A stretch of DNA of 64,000 nt. Origin: Gemmatimonadota bacterium (GTDB lineage: Bacteria > JBHIER01 > G020348925). A program made the position numbers and the translations under genes. The stretch is taken from the NCBI GenBank assembly GCA_020348925.1, contig CP070758.1, positions 3,115,688 through 3,179,687 on the forward strand, written 5' to 3'. Position 1 is the first letter of the stretch. Each line of letters starts with the position of its first letter. The notes under the pieces are model-generated. The model saw nothing but the letters and a program-made list of their open reading frames with translations. It did no database searches and was not told the origin of the DNA. Below, in pieces: positions 27,012 to 37,813 of the stretch.

Positions 27012-28437
27012 TCATGAGGAGGAGATCCCAGATTCTGCAACCGCTTCGACCTTCTCACCCTTCCGAAATCGAGGCAGATATTTTTCGATCCACTCCGGTC
27101 TGATCCTCTTCAACTCCACTGTGGGAAAGACCGACAGGAGTTGCCAGCCCAAATCGAGCGTCTCCTCGATCGTCCGGTCCTCATATTCTCCTTGCGAGAC
27201 GTATCCGGCCTCGAATTTGTCGGCGAAATTGAAAAACATTCGATCCGCCTCGCTCAGAGCCGCCTCCCCCAGGATGACGGCCAGTTCCTGAGCCTCCTTC
27301 CCCCGGGCGTATGCGGCGAAGAGCTGGTTGAAGATATCGGAGTGATCCTCCCTGGTTTTGCCCTCCCCGATTCCTTTATCTTTGAGACGGGAGAGCGAGG
27401 GGAGGACATCAATGGGAGGTGACACACCTTTTTTGTGCAAGGCTCTTGAAAGAATGACCTGACCCTCGGTGATATAGCCGGTGAGATCCGGAATGGGGTG
27501 GGTCTTGTCGTCCTCCGGCATGGTCAGAATAGGAATGAGCGTTAATCGAGCCCCGTTTCCCCTTGATGCGGCCCGCTCTCTCGTAGAGTGAAGCCAAATC
27601 CGTGTAGAGATAGCCCGGATAGCCTCGGCGCCCGGGCACCTCCTTTCGAGCGGCGGAGACCTCCCGCAGGGCTTCGCAGTAATTGGTCATATCGGTTAAA
27701 ATAACGAGAACGTGCATATCCTTTTCAAAAGCCAAATATTCGGCTGCGGTGAAGGCCATGCGGGGTGTCGCGATCCGTTCGATTGCGGGATCGTCGGCCA
27801 GATTCAGGAACAGAACCGCTCTTTCGATGGCCCCGGTCTGGCGAAAATCGGAGGTGAAAAAATCGGCCTCCTCGAAGGTGATGCCCATGGCGGAAAAGAC
27901 GACGGCGAAGACCTCCTCCTTGCCCAATACCTTGGCCTGTCGAGCGATCTGGGCGGCCAAACGATTGTGGGGCAATCCGAAGCCCGAGAAGATGGGCAGC
28001 TTTTGGCCCCGGACGCACGTATTCAGCCCATCGATGGCCGAGATGCCTGTCTGAATAAACTCCGAAGGATACTCCCGGGCGTAGGGGTTGATGGGATTGC
28101 CGTTGATGTCCACCCGCTTCTCCGGCAGAATATCCGGCCCCTTGTCGATGGGGCGGCCCAACCCGTCAAAGACGCGACCCAACATGTCCTCCGAGACCCC
28201 CAGTTCGATCCCCTTGCCCAGAAAGGTGACACGACTCTGAAAGACATCCACCCCCGTCGCTTCCTCGAAAAGCTGGACCAGGGCTTTATCCCCATCCACC
28301 TCAAGAACTTTTCCCCGCCGTCGCTCCCCGTTGGGCAGTTGCAGTTCCACCAGCTCCTCATACTTCACACCCTCCACCTCCTCCACCAAAACCAGAGGAC
28401 CGGCAATCTCACGAATAGTCAGGTACTCTTTCAGCAT
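27012..28437 (-). pseudogene. ntpB: V/A-type ATP synthase subunit B, split by a +1 frameshift near 27542 (possibly an assembly error)
   Basis: N-part QTGISAIDG...GQKLPIFSG...[13 protein letters not shown]-part [21 protein letters not shown]. Removing one A from TCG ATT AAC GCT C restores [10 protein letters not shown] and a 474-aa protein. Confidence 0.88.
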
Positions 28438-28465
28438 ATGCACTTCTCCTGCATCATTTCTTGCG

Positions 28466-30736
28466 CTACTTGATCAAAACACCCTTTTTCGTATGCATCT
28501 CTTGACCGGCTCTGAGAACGTAATAATAAACGCCACTGGGTACTTCGTTTCCGTCGCAATCCCTTCCGTCCCAGGTGACAGTGTAAAAACCGGGTTCCTT
28601 CGATTCATCCACAAGCGTCCTCAACTCCTGGCCCAAAATATTCAATACTTTCAAGGTCGTGCGGACGGCATATCCCCTGCCCCTTATCCGATATTCGATA
28701 TCTGTCTGAGGATTGAAAGGATTCGGGTAATTTTGAAGGAGAGCCGTCTCCTCTGGAAGCGTTGTCCCCTCATCGAAGAGAACAGCCGTGGGTCCAAAAA
28801 CCGTTACCAAGATCGTGTCTCTATCGCTGGCCAGACTGTCGTCCGTCACGGTGAAGATGATTTCGGCTATTCCCTCAAAATCAGGAGCCCGAATTATAGA
28901 TTGCGCTCCTTCTATCTCAACCGATACTGCTTCGACCAAAGTCAGGGCAGACCATGTCAGCGCCGATTCCGGGGTATCGACATCTTCCACATAATCATTG
29001 AGATCGAGGACGACCGAATCCCCGGAGACGAAGCTCGTATCCGGCAGAGGAAGAATAATCGGCGGGTCGTTCACGGCAAGAACAGTGACACGCACCCCGA
29101 GACTGTCCGACAGCAGACCGTCCGAGGCAATGACGACAAAGCCCGTATCCGCCGTGCCCTCAACAGGCGTCCCGGCGATCACGGAATCGGACGGGGTCAG
29201 CCAGCCGGGATAATCTGAAAAGAAGAACGTGACGGAATCGCCGTTCGGATCCGTCGCCTTTCCTATATATGAAAAGGGTTCATCCTCAACGGCCGTGACC
29301 GCGGAGTCAGAGACTATTTCAGGCGGGACATTGGCTGACACAACCGTCACAAGCACGGTGTCCCTATCGCTGGCCAGACTATCGTCCGTTACGGTGAAAA
29401 AAACCTCGGCCGTCCCTTCAAAATCTGGCGCGGTCAGAACGGCCTGACCCTCTCCAATCGTGACGATCACCGCCTCCGTCGACGTCAGGGCAGACCACGT
29501 CAGTGCCCATTCCGGCGTGTCGACGTCCTCGACATGGCCGCCGAGATCGAGAACGACCGAATCCCCGGAGACGAAGCTCGTATCCGGCAGAGGAAGAATA
29601 ATCGGCGGGTCGTTCACGGCCTTAACGGTCACATTGACTACAAGACTGTCGGAGAGCAAACCGTCAGTGGCCGTCACGAGGAAGCTTGTATCCAGTGTCC
29701 CTTCACCCGGCGTGCCCATAATTGTCGAATCGGAAGGGGACAGCCACATCGGATAATGGGCGAAGGAGTAAGACACAGGATTGTTATCTGGGTCAGTGGC
29801 CCGGGCGATATACGAAAAGAGCCGATCCTCGAAAGCGGTCGCTGTTGCGGCGGAACTTATCTCCGGGGGTCTGTTCGAAATGGCGTTGGTCCGATACAAC
29901 CGACGCACCCGGCTGGCCACGGTAAAACCTGGATTCGTCTCACCGGGACGACTTGTGACCGCCGCCACTGGACCTACATTCTCAGCGTTCCAATCGTACG
30001 TAATCACCGTTTGTGTTGAATCCAATACAGACACGAAATTAATCCCAGAAAACGCGGACACATCCAAGCGAGTGACCTCATGCCGTCTGACTCGGAGCAC
30101 TTGGTACTGACCCTGCGGAACGATCATTGTGCCCCACGCATCCACCTCACCCCGGCTCACAAATCCTATCTCAACTTTCGCATCAAGATACGGATCGGAA
30201 GAGAATATCGGATATAAAGGATTTTCGACTATATCCTCAAAAATGTTCGAATAGAACGTCGAATCGGACCACGACGCCCCATATTCCAGGGGAAGCGGCA
30301 GTGACATCAGTGACGAATCCAGGACAATGGACAGAGGCACGCCGAAAATATTTTCGCTGGCCGCCCCCAGAAGAGCCATTTCTCCTTCCTCGAGCCTCCA
30401 GTACATGTACCCCGCCGCCGTATCGATGCCGGCGATGTTGATGCCATCCGTATCATAGACCACATTGGCCTCGGGAAACTCCCCGCCGAAGGGTGTCTCC
30501 CCCTTGGCGACAATCGCCTCAGCCTCTGAATCGGTCGTCGGTCCCTGGCTGAAGTCCCACACCCGCGGACCCCCGCTCTCGCCCACATCGACCGGCACAC
30601 TTCTCCCTCTCTCCACATAATATTCGTTGACGATGCCGGGGTCGGAGGGAATCTCATGTCTTGTCAGAACAATCTGGGCCTGACTCGAAGACCCCGCCCA
30701 GAGCAAGGCCAGGCATAGAACACAGGTGCCTTTCAT
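28466..30736 (-). CDS. Secreted protein: unnamed N-domain, duplicated cadherin-like/Ig pair, FlgD/T9SS-type CTD; lies inside the ATPase operon
   Basis: Signal peptide [23 protein letters not shown] 1 nt after the ntpA stop; NxPP/EDxxF/TDPD/VND PP cadherin-like motifs; QNYPNPFNP tail. Confidence 0.88.
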   Translation of the reverse strand: MKGTCVLCLALLWAGSSSQAQIVLTRHEIPSDPGIVNEYYVERGRSVPVDVGESGGPRVWDFSQGPTTDSEAEAIVAKGETPFGGEFPEANVVYDTDGINIAGIDTAAGYMYWRLEEGEMALLGAASENIFGVPLSIVLDSSLMSLPLPLEYGASWSDSTFYSNIFEDIVENPLYPIFSSDPYLDAKVEIGFVSRGEVDAWGTMIVPQGQYQVLRVRRHEVTRLDVSAFSGINFVSVLDSTQTVITYDWNAENVGPVAAVTSRPGETNPGFTVASRVRRLYRTNAISNRPPEISSAATATAFEDRLFSYIARATDPDNNPVSYSFAHYPMWLSPSDSTIMGTPGEGTLDTSFLVTATDGLLSDSLVVNVTVKAVNDPPIILPLPDTSFVSGDSVVLDLGGHVEDVDTPEWALTWSALTSTEAVIVTIGEGQAVLTAPDFEGTAEVFFTVTDDSLASDRDTVLVTVVSANVPPEIVSDSAVTAVEDEPFSYIGKATDPNGDSVTFFFSDYPGWLTPSDSVIAGTPVEGTADTGFVVIASDGLLSDSLGVRVTVLAVNDPPIILPLPDTSFVSGDSVVLDLNDYVEDVDTPESALTWSALTLVEAVSVEIEGAQSIIRAPDFEGIAEIIFTVTDDSLASDRDTILVTVFGPTAVLFDEGTTLPEETALLQNYPNPFNPQTDIEYRIRGRGYAVRTTLKVLNILGQELRTLVDESKEPGFYTVTWDGRDCDGNEVPSGVYYYVLRAGQEMHTKKGVLIK
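28795..29870 (-). repeat. Intragenic tandem duplication with a 543-nt (181-aa) period
   Basis: 68 nt perfectly identical at 29010-29077 and 29553-29620; protein repeat PPE...DGLLSDSL...[25 protein letters not shown]...[11 protein letters not shown]. Confidence 0.9.
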
Positions 30737-30737
30737 A

Positions 30738-32492
30738 CTATTTTTTCCCAATGGAAGCCAAAGTTTCATCGACGTCCGTAAATATCTCATCAATTTTTAC
30801 CAGCTCCTTCTCCGGCGTATATCTGGCCCTGGCGATCTTCTCCCGCAACGGCAGCTCCGAAAGTTGGTCAACCGTTGCCCCTCTCTCCAGGGCCTCCTTG
30901 GACCTCTCGTGCATATTCAAAATGAGTTTCAACATCTTATATTGCTTATCCACCGAGGCATACGTGTCCACTTCGTGAAAGGCGTTCTGATGGAGAAAAT
31001 CCTCCCGCAGCGACCGCGAGGTCTCCAGAATGAGCCGGTCGTCCTGAGATAGGGCATCGACACCGACGAGCCGGACGATCTCCTCGAGCTCTGCCTCCTG
31101 CTGCAAAAGTTTCAAGGCCTCGGACCGCATCTCGATGAAGTCCGACCCCACCTCCTTGACATAGTAATCATCGATGTTCTCATAATAAAGGGAATAGCTG
31201 TTGAGCCACGAGATGGCGGGAAAATGTCTCCGGAAGGCCAAAATGTCCTCCAGACTCCAGAACACCTTCACCACCCTCAGGGTAGCCTGGACCACAGGGT
31301 CGGAAAGATCTCCGCCGGGCGGCGAAACGGCTCCGACAATCGTCAACGCTCCCTCCCTGTTGTCGCTGCCGTGGCAGGTGACGCGCCCAGCCCGTTCGTA
31401 AAACTCGGCCACCCGCCTCCCCAGATAGGCCGGATAACCCTCCTCACCCGGCATCTCCTCCAACCGGCCCGAGATCTCGCGCATCGCTTCCGCCCATCGC
31501 GAGGTGGAATCGGCCATGACGGCCACCGAATACCCCATGTCCCGGAAATACTCGGCAATCGTGATGCCGGTGTAGACGGACGCCTCCCGGGCCGCCACGG
31601 GCATGTTGGACGTGTTGGCCACGAGCACCGTCCGTTTCATGAGCGGCTCGCCGGTGCGCGGATCCTCCAGCTCCGGGAACTCCAGAAGCACGTTGGCCAT
31701 TTCGTTCCCCCGTTCACCGCACCCGATGTAGACGATAATGTCCGCATCGGCCCATTTCGCCAGGAGGTGTTGGATCACCGTCTTGCCACTGCCAAAGGGA
31801 CCGGGTACGCAGGCGGTTCCGCCTTTCCCTATCGGAAAGAAAGTGTCGAAAACCCGCTGCCCGGTGATTAAGGGCACGTATGGAACCAGTTTTTCCTGAT
31901 ACGGCCTCGCCTTTCTGACAGGCCATCTCTGCAGCATCGTCACCTCTTTGATGCCTTCGGCCGTCTCTATGGTAACCACCCTTTCCTCTATAGTGAATTC
32001 ACCTTGGCGGATGTCCTTGACCCGACCCTCCAGACCGTAGGGTACCATGATTTTATGAACGCACGTGCTCGTCTCGTTGACGATACCCAGGACGTCGCCT
32101 GAGACCACAGCATCTCCAGCCTGAACCTGCGGCTGGAACAGCCATTTCTTCTCACGATCCAAACCGGGCACATCAATACCACGAGTAATGTAATCGCCCA
32201 CAGCGTCGCGGATGACGTTGAGGGGCCGCTGGATCCCGTCGTAAATCGACTCCATGAGACCGGGCCCCAACTCCACTGAGAGGGGCATCCCGGTTGAGAA
32301 AACCGGCTCACCCGGACCCAACCCCCCGGTCTCCTCATAGACCTGAATGGAGGCCCGATCGCCCTTCAACTCGATCACCTCCCCGATGAGTTTCTTCTCG
32401 CTGACGCGAACCACGTCGTACATCCTGGCCTCATCCATCCCCTCGGCCACAACCAGCGGACCTGAAACCTTGACGATAGTGCCCTGTTTCAT
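30738..32492 (-). CDS. ntpA: V/A-type ATP synthase subunit A
   Basis: [10 protein letters not shown]-loop, [51 protein letters not shown]. Confidence 0.97.
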   Translation of the reverse strand: MKQGTIVKVSGPLVVAEGMDEARMYDVVRVSEKKLIGEVIELKGDRASIQVYEETGGLGPGEPVFSTGMPLSVELGPGLMESIYDGIQRPLNVIRDAVGDYITRGIDVPGLDREKKWLFQPQVQAGDAVVSGDVLGIVNETSTCVHKIMVPYGLEGRVKDIRQGEFTIEERVVTIETAEGIKEVTMLQRWPVRKARPYQEKLVPYVPLITGQRVFDTFFPIGKGGTACVPGPFGSGKTVIQHLLAKWADADIIVYIGCGERGNEMANVLLEFPELEDPRTGEPLMKRTVLVANTSNMPVAAREASVYTGITIAEYFRDMGYSVAVMADSTSRWAEAMREISGRLEEMPGEEGYPAYLGRRVAEFYERAGRVTCHGSDNREGALTIVGAVSPPGGDLSDPVVQATLRVVKVFWSLEDILAFRRHFPAISWLNSYSLYYENIDDYYVKEVGSDFIEMRSEALKLLQQEAELEEIVRLVGVDALSQDDRLILETSRSLREDFLHQNAFHEVDTYASVDKQYKMLKLILNMHERSKEALERGATVDQLSELPLREKIARARYTPEKELVKIDEIFTDVDETLASIGKK

Positions 32493-32601
32493 TGAGTACT
32501 CTCCTTACAATGCTTGATAATTTCAATCATGACCGGTACCAACTTTTTCACTGCTCCTTATCCCGTTCCTGTTCCACGGCATGGACCCAAGGCCGGCCGC
32601 T

Positions 32602-32928
32602 TCATTCGTCCTCCTGCATGATGTCGGCACCCACCGCCTTCCTGACAACATGCCGCAGTGTTTCGAGACCGTAACCGAGGCTTCCGCGATTATTCGGAAT
32701 GAGGACGATACTGGGGAGCGGCCTCCAGGCTGCCTCCCGCAACCGCTCTTCGATATGAATTGCAGACTGCTCGGTAATAAAAATCACCGCATACCCCCCC
32801 TCGTAGACCTGATCAAAAGCGGCTTTCACGTCGTCGGCCTTTTCAGCGGGATAGACATCAACGCCTACGGCGTGAAAACAGAAGATCGAATCCCGATCAC
32901 CAATGACGGCTATATTAGAGGTAGACAT
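32602..32928 (-). CDS. ntpF: V/A-type ATP synthase subunit F
   Basis: IAVIGDRDS...F...G, VIFITE, P.IV.IP, V.KAVGADI. Confidence 0.9.
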   Translation of the reverse strand: MSTSNIAVIGDRDSIFCFHAVGVDVYPAEKADDVKAAFDQVYEGGYAVIFITEQSAIHIEERLREAAWRPLPSIVLIPNNRGSLGYGLETLRHVVRKAVGADIMQEDE

Positions 32929-33964
32929 CCGGTAATCGCTCCTGTATCGATTCAGGCGGGAGATGATTCCACTTACAGGTGAAGATGGTCCGAATTGCCT
33001 TAATTTCATACTCTTTGATCAGCACATAGGCCATCAAAGGCTCAAGACCGAAGGTGGTCAGGCGGGCACGCCCTAAATAGGTGATGAGAAAACCATCGCA
33101 CAGCTGCTCCAGACGGGCAAATGACCCTTTTGTCTGAAGGGAGGCGATCCCCTCGTCGAGGAGTCTCGCATATCGCGTCTGTCCAAAACGCTGCGGCAGC
33201 CCATCGAGCGGCTCCTCCTGAAGCATTCGATAGAACTCCACCGCCAACGATCCCCCGTCGCACAGGTTTGTCTTCAACAGTTCAGGGGCCTGCTGACTCC
33301 ACAGCAGTCGCACAAATGTTTTGATGTTGAGCAGATCGATCTCCCGTTCCAGCCAGCCCCAGAGAAACATCATGCCCACCTTCATCACGACCGAGAGAAA
33401 ATGGGAGAACATCGCCTTGTCCACAAGGACGTCCAGGCTCTGGGGTTCGATTTCATCGGAAGGAGAGAACCCCTCGATGGTCTGGATGGTCTGTCTCAGG
33501 TATCCGGGAAGATGGCCGACATCTTCGTCACGGATCGCTCGTAACAGGACAGCGGGCGGAACCTGACCCGAGGGCGAGAGGAAAAATTCCATATCTCGGC
33601 CGGAGATGCTGCCCTTCAGGAGAATTTTCAAATTGTAATAGTCGGAGCGCATTTTCAAAAGATCCGTCACCTCAGGGTTCTTGGAAAGATGGACAATAAG
33701 GTTCAGTGTCGAGGCCATATGTCCACTGAGAAAATCCTCAAAGTGATCCGGATCGCTCAGGGATGGTACGGTCTCCCCGTAATCTGTCTCCCCCAGGATG
33801 CGAAGGAATGCATCCGTATCCTCGGCTCCCACGAGACGAGAGATATCGTGTCGCCGGAGAAGTCGTGTTTCCAAAGCCCGAATACGTCCGACTCCGTAAG
33901 CATAGTGAGTATTATATGTAAATGGCAATCGATATTCTGAAAGTTGTTTCACGCGAAACTCCAA
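32915..33964 (-). CDS. ntpC: V/A-type ATP synthase subunit C (AC39); start uncertain
   Basis: Y..GRIRALE..LL, L.ETDY, D..NLK..LK, EIDL.N, G.EP..AY...KE.EI..IR.I. Confidence 0.9.
   Translation of the reverse strand: MEFRVKQLSEYRLPFTYNTHYAYGVGRIRALETRLLRRHDISRLVGAEDTDAFLRILGETDYGETVPSLSDPDHFEDFLSGHMASTLNLIVHLSKNPEVTDLLKMRSDYYNLKILLKGSISGRDMEFFLSPSGQVPPAVLLRAIRDEDVGHLPGYLRQTIQTIEGFSPSDEIEPQSLDVLVDKAMFSHFLSVVMKVGMMFLWGWLEREIDLLNIKTFVRLLWSQQAPELLKTNLCDGGSLAVEFYRMLQEEPLDGLPQRFGQTRYARLLDEGIASLQTKGSFARLEQLCDGFLITYLGRARLTTFGLEPLMAYVLIKEYEIKAIRTIFTCKWNHLPPESIQERLPDVYL
33945..33960. promoter_or_regulatory. parS-like site
   Basis: TGTTTCACGCGAAACT matches the consensus TGTTTCACGTGAAACA at 14/16 positions, ~5.4 kb from parB. 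Confidence 0.55.
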
Positions 33965-34015
33965 CGTCGCTTTGGCCGGTGTCGACGAAGGTGAGCGTTG
34001 ATATCGCTCCGGTCG

Positions 34016-34624
34016 TCAGGAGGCCCTTTCTCCCCACAGGATGTTGGCCACCTCAAATTCCATCGCTTCCCGCATGGATTCGACAATGAGCTTGAGATCG
34101 CAATTGATCTCCTTCCTGCCCTTGCGGAGTACGAAGCCCCCGGCCATCTCCCGCGTTTCCCCCGAGAGAGCCAACGCCCCCTTACGATTTTGAGCTGAAA
34201 GCTGTCGATTCACATCCGAAAGCAGTCCACTCCAATCGATCCCTTTATCGTGCGAAGCCAAGATGACCTCCTCATCACCCTCTTCCACGCTCTGCAGGAA
34301 GAGTTTCTTCATAAGCGCCGAGTACTTTTCGGCATTCAGCTCGGCGAGCGATGCGAACGCCTTTCGAAAGGATTCGTCAATGAGGTTCTGTTTCTCCGCC
34401 AGAAGCTCTTTTCTCATTTCAGCCTGTGCTCTGGAGACGATCCTCCTTTTCTGTTGTTCCGCCTCCTTCGCGGCCTCCTCTCGAGCTTTCCCTTCAATCT
34501 CAGTGACCGTCTTGGCCGTGTCGGCCTTTACCGTTTCAATTTCGTTGTCGGCTTTGGCCAGAATTTCTTTGGCCTCGGCTTCGGCATCCTCCATGATCTT
34601 TTTGGTTATCCGATCTATGGCCAT
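34016..34624 (-). CDS. ntpE: V/A-type ATP synthase subunit E
   Basis: I..KI..DA..EA..I coiled coil, C-terminal GGFVL....EIN; operon position. Confidence 0.92.
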   Translation of the reverse strand: MAIDRITKKIMEDAEAEAKEILAKADNEIETVKADTAKTVTEIEGKAREEAAKEAEQQKRRIVSRAQAEMRKELLAEKQNLIDESFRKAFASLAELNAEKYSALMKKLFLQSVEEGDEEVILASHDKGIDWSGLLSDVNRQLSAQNRKGALALSGETREMAGGFVLRKGRKEINCDLKLIVESMREAMEFEVANILWGERAS

Positions 34625-34630
34625 GTCGGT

Positions 34631-35206
34631 CTACCCCCGAATCCTGGTCAACAGAATGATGGACATGAGAAAACCGAGAACAGCGTAGAACTCGACAAAG
34701 ACGCCGAGGACGAGCGCCTTGCCCACCTCATTCGGTTTCTTCGCCGTCATTTCGACGCCAGCGGCGCAGACCCTGCCCTGATGAATGGCCGACAGGAACC
34801 CGGCCAGGGCAACGGGTATACTGCTGAAGAAAAACTGCCACCCCTCCTGGATGGTCAGCGTGGCTGTTTCTCCGCCGAAAATGCCGCTCCAGAGCATGAC
34901 CAAAAAACCGATCACAAAGCCGTATATCCCTTGAGTCCCAGGTAAGGCCGTGAGCATAAGGTATCTGGCAAAATTGGCCGTGTCTTCACTCATGGCGCCC
35001 AGGCTGGTCTGTCCGGCATATCCGATCCCTATGGCCGATCCAATTCCGGCCAAACCAACAGCAACGGCCGCACCAGCGATACAGAGTGCGACCGGACCCA
35101 GCAGAGCCCAGCTCGAACCTGTCATCTGCTGAGCAGAGGACACCGAAGCCCAGAGGGTCACGGCGAAGAATACGACGACGAACACAAACAGGGTTCTCTT
35201 TGTCAT
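34631..35206 (-). CDS. ntpK: V/A-type ATP synthase subunit K (4-TM proteolipid) with an N-terminal signal-like extension
   Basis: AG.GSAIG, LPGTQGIYG, SAIHQG, VEFYA; AAGGAG before ATG 35206. Confidence 0.93.
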   Translation of the reverse strand: MTKRTLFVFVVVFFAVTLWASVSSAQQMTGSSWALLGPVALCIAGAAVAVGLAGIGSAIGIGYAGQTSLGAMSEDTANFARYLMLTALPGTQGIYGFVIGFLVMLWSGIFGGETATLTIQEGWQFFFSSIPVALAGFLSAIHQGRVCAAGVEMTAKKPNEVGKALVLGVFVEFYAVLGFLMSIILLTRIRG

Positions 35207-35290
35207 AGTGTACTCCTTCTGCTTGCTTGGGATGAGAGTCATCGTGTGCTCCTTCTGCTTGCTGTGTACGAAAGTACTCGTGTGCTCATA

Positions 35291-37273
35291 TTATTCCCTT
35301 ACAATGATGGTGTGTTGATTCTTCTCCTGAAACGGCTCAAATGGTTTTCCCCCTCCCTCATAAAACTTCGAAAAGAATTCGACAAAGTGCAGTCTGGCGG
35401 TATGGACAAAGGCCCCCAGACAGGTTATGACGAGATAGACGAGGTGGGCGACGACGACCATCACGGCCGTGATGAGAATTCCGACATAGGGAATCTTTAA
35501 TGCCATGCCTCCCAGGATGTCGATGACACCAGCAACCACAGCCGTGGCCAAACCCAAGGCCAACAAACGCGAATAGCTCAGGATATCCCCGAAAACACCG
35601 ATGATGCCGTACAGTCCTCCCAACCCCTTGCCGACATGCACCAAGAGATTCTTACTGCCCAATCCCTGAAAGAGAAATATCCCCCCCGCACCGCACAACA
35701 GCAGGAACGTGCCCGCCTTCACCACGGGCGAGGGCAGTGTTATAATAAATCCGATCATCGAGAGGCCCAAACCGACTGTGGCCATGAGCCAGGGAACATG
35801 AATGAGAATTGAACGAACAGCGTTCCCCGACGCGATCCCCCCGTAGAGTTTCACCACATACCCGACAAAGACATGGACCACGCCACAGCCCAATGCCAAG
35901 GCAAAAAAAGTCATAGCATTCTCAAGGGGATCAAACACCTTCAAGCTGTAAGCAGTGATCACAAAGGGATGATTTGGATCCATTGTGGTCAGATCGAGCC
36001 CAAAATATCCTCCGGTGACAATTCCCGCCACAATCGTCAGGAGTCCGCTCGCCAGGAGCAGTTGAAAAAGTTTTCTCATCCCGGGCCCGGGTCGCAGCTT
36101 CCTCAGCGCCAGGAGCGAAATAAGGGAGAGCATGAGTCCGTAGCCGGCGTCAGTCACACACAGTGCGAAGAACACGGCAAAGAATGGGGACAGAACAGGT
36201 GTCGGGTCTATCTCGGTGTATTTCGGCCTTCCGTAGAGATCGGTAACCATTTCGAAAGGCTTCGCCCATTCCCTGTTTTCCAACGCAACCGGAGGAACGT
36301 CCTCTGCCCGTCCCTCCGTTTCCAGGACGCTCACAGTTTGAAATTTCGCCTCGAGATCCGCGCGCACTCTGTCGACATCTTTTCTCTTCATCCACCCTTC
36401 AATCAGACACGCACTGTCCGTAAAAGCCAGACGCTCTCGCACCGTTTCTCTCTCCAGATCATTCATCACATGATCCATAACAATCAGAAGTCGCGGCCGG
36501 TTTTCCGCCAACCGACGCCCCCTCTCATCAATCCGTTTGTTCTCCTCATGCAGGGCGGAGATCTCCTCCTGAATGTCCTGCACCGCCTCCCTGGGCGTCC
36601 CGCTGAATCCGGAGAGCGAGACCTCGGTGATGTCGAAGCGTTTCAGGTGCTCAGTGACCGCCTCTTCCATCTCCTTGAGGAACAGGAGAGCGAAGTACGT
36701 CTGTGTTTGATCTTGGTGAACCGTTTCACAGTGAACGGTCTCTGCCATATCCTGGATCATCTCCGTATAATCGGAAGTGAGCATGGTACAGAAGCGGAGA
36801 CCGACCCTCTCCGTTGAAGTCAGCTCGTCGAGGGGCACTCCAATGGATGTCCACGGATTCAGGAATGCCTTTCTGGACCGGAGTTTCTCCAGACGAGACC
36901 TGAGTTCAGCCGCCTGTCGGGAGAGGTCCACGCATTCGCCAACGAGTCCGTCAAAGTCGAACTCTTGGGTAACCCAGTAGTAATCCTGGGGTGTAATTTC
37001 AACTTTTTCTCCACCCAATTTTGACAGGACGCCCTGTTGCGGCATATACGGTTTTAAAAACTCCGCTGCCGTCTGCACCGCCGCAAGTCTCTCGGACAAC
37101 CCCTGCGGGAACTCACGTGTGTGCGGGATAAATTGTGCCGATTCCGGCTCGGGGTGATTCTCTTTGAAATGGCTTATTTCCAAAAGACCGAGGGCCTGCA
37201 TCTCCTTGATCAGAGCGGAGCGCTCCGAGAGATGGCATACAATGGAAACCTTTGACATGGGGACAACGGCCAT
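35291..37273 (-). CDS. ntpI: V/A-type ATP synthase subunit I
   Basis: MAVVPM.K, PFE.VT..YG.P.Y.EIDPT, DAGYG, D.LSYSRL.ALGLA, H..RL..VEFF.KFY.GGG..F.PF. Confidence 0.96.
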   Translation of the reverse strand: MAVVPMSKVSIVCHLSERSALIKEMQALGLLEISHFKENHPEPESAQFIPHTREFPQGLSERLAAVQTAAEFLKPYMPQQGVLSKLGGEKVEITPQDYYWVTQEFDFDGLVGECVDLSRQAAELRSRLEKLRSRKAFLNPWTSIGVPLDELTSTERVGLRFCTMLTSDYTEMIQDMAETVHCETVHQDQTQTYFALLFLKEMEEAVTEHLKRFDITEVSLSGFSGTPREAVQDIQEEISALHEENKRIDERGRRLAENRPRLLIVMDHVMNDLERETVRERLAFTDSACLIEGWMKRKDVDRVRADLEAKFQTVSVLETEGRAEDVPPVALENREWAKPFEMVTDLYGRPKYTEIDPTPVLSPFFAVFFALCVTDAGYGLMLSLISLLALRKLRPGPGMRKLFQLLLASGLLTIVAGIVTGGYFGLDLTTMDPNHPFVITAYSLKVFDPLENAMTFFALALGCGVVHVFVGYVVKLYGGIASGNAVRSILIHVPWLMATVGLGLSMIGFIITLPSPVVKAGTFLLLCGAGGIFLFQGLGSKNLLVHVGKGLGGLYGIIGVFGDILSYSRLLALGLATAVVAGVIDILGGMALKIPYVGILITAVMVVVAHLVYLVITCLGAFVHTARLHFVEFFSKFYEGGGKPFEPFQEKNQHTIIVRE

Positions 37274-37584
37274 TATCCGAGAACCCTTTCCATAATGCGC
37301 GCCACAGCTCTGTCCATGTTCTTATGCCCCTGTGTCTGGAGGTCATCGCGCTTCATCTGGTGTTGATCCCGGAGATCCCCTGTCTCCCGCTCGGCCTCCT
37401 TTTCAGCCGAATCAAGAGCTTGTTGGATCGCAGTTTTCGCCTGTGCGCGGGCTTTTTCGATCTCCTCACGGGCGGCCTTTTTGGCAGCAGCCAGCCGTTC
37501 GGCCGCCTGGTGGCGCGCCTCTTCGACCCGTCGGACTGCCCGGATCTCCGTACTCTTAATATCTTTCAAAGCTTCAAGGCTCAA
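37273..37584 (-). CDS. V/A-type ATP synthase subunit G/H (peripheral stalk)
   Basis: 103-aa A/E/K/R coiled coil, TAATG-coupled to subunit I. Confidence 0.85.
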   Translation of the reverse strand: MSLEALKDIKSTEIRAVRRVEEARHQAAERLAAAKKAAREEIEKARAQAKTAIQQALDSAEKEAERETGDLRDQHQMKRDDLQTQGHKNMDRAVARIMERVLG

Positions 37585-37813
37585 AGGAACTCTCCTTGCA
37601 CAAGAGATATTGAATTATTGCTCAAACAATGAATGTGTCGGAACGAACTGACTGCCGTGGTAGAAAAAGAACTATCGGTCGACCCTGCGGGCCGAATGAG
37701 ATGGCAGATCGTATTGGACCTGGCTCGATTTTGTATTCTGGGAAATACTGATCTCCATTTTGGGTGGTAGAAAGGAGGCGTATCATATCCAATCGCAGTC
37801 AGGAACGGAAATC

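Noticed and set aside
27012-27521. Separate 169-aa gene or programmed frameshift
   Set aside because: It is the C-terminal part of ntpB; there is no slippery sequence at the junction
28795-29870. Repeat pair as a diversity-generating retroelement TR/VR or a CRISPR array
   Set aside because: In-frame coding duplication; differences are not adenine-specific; no reverse transcriptase, cas gene or spacer periodicity
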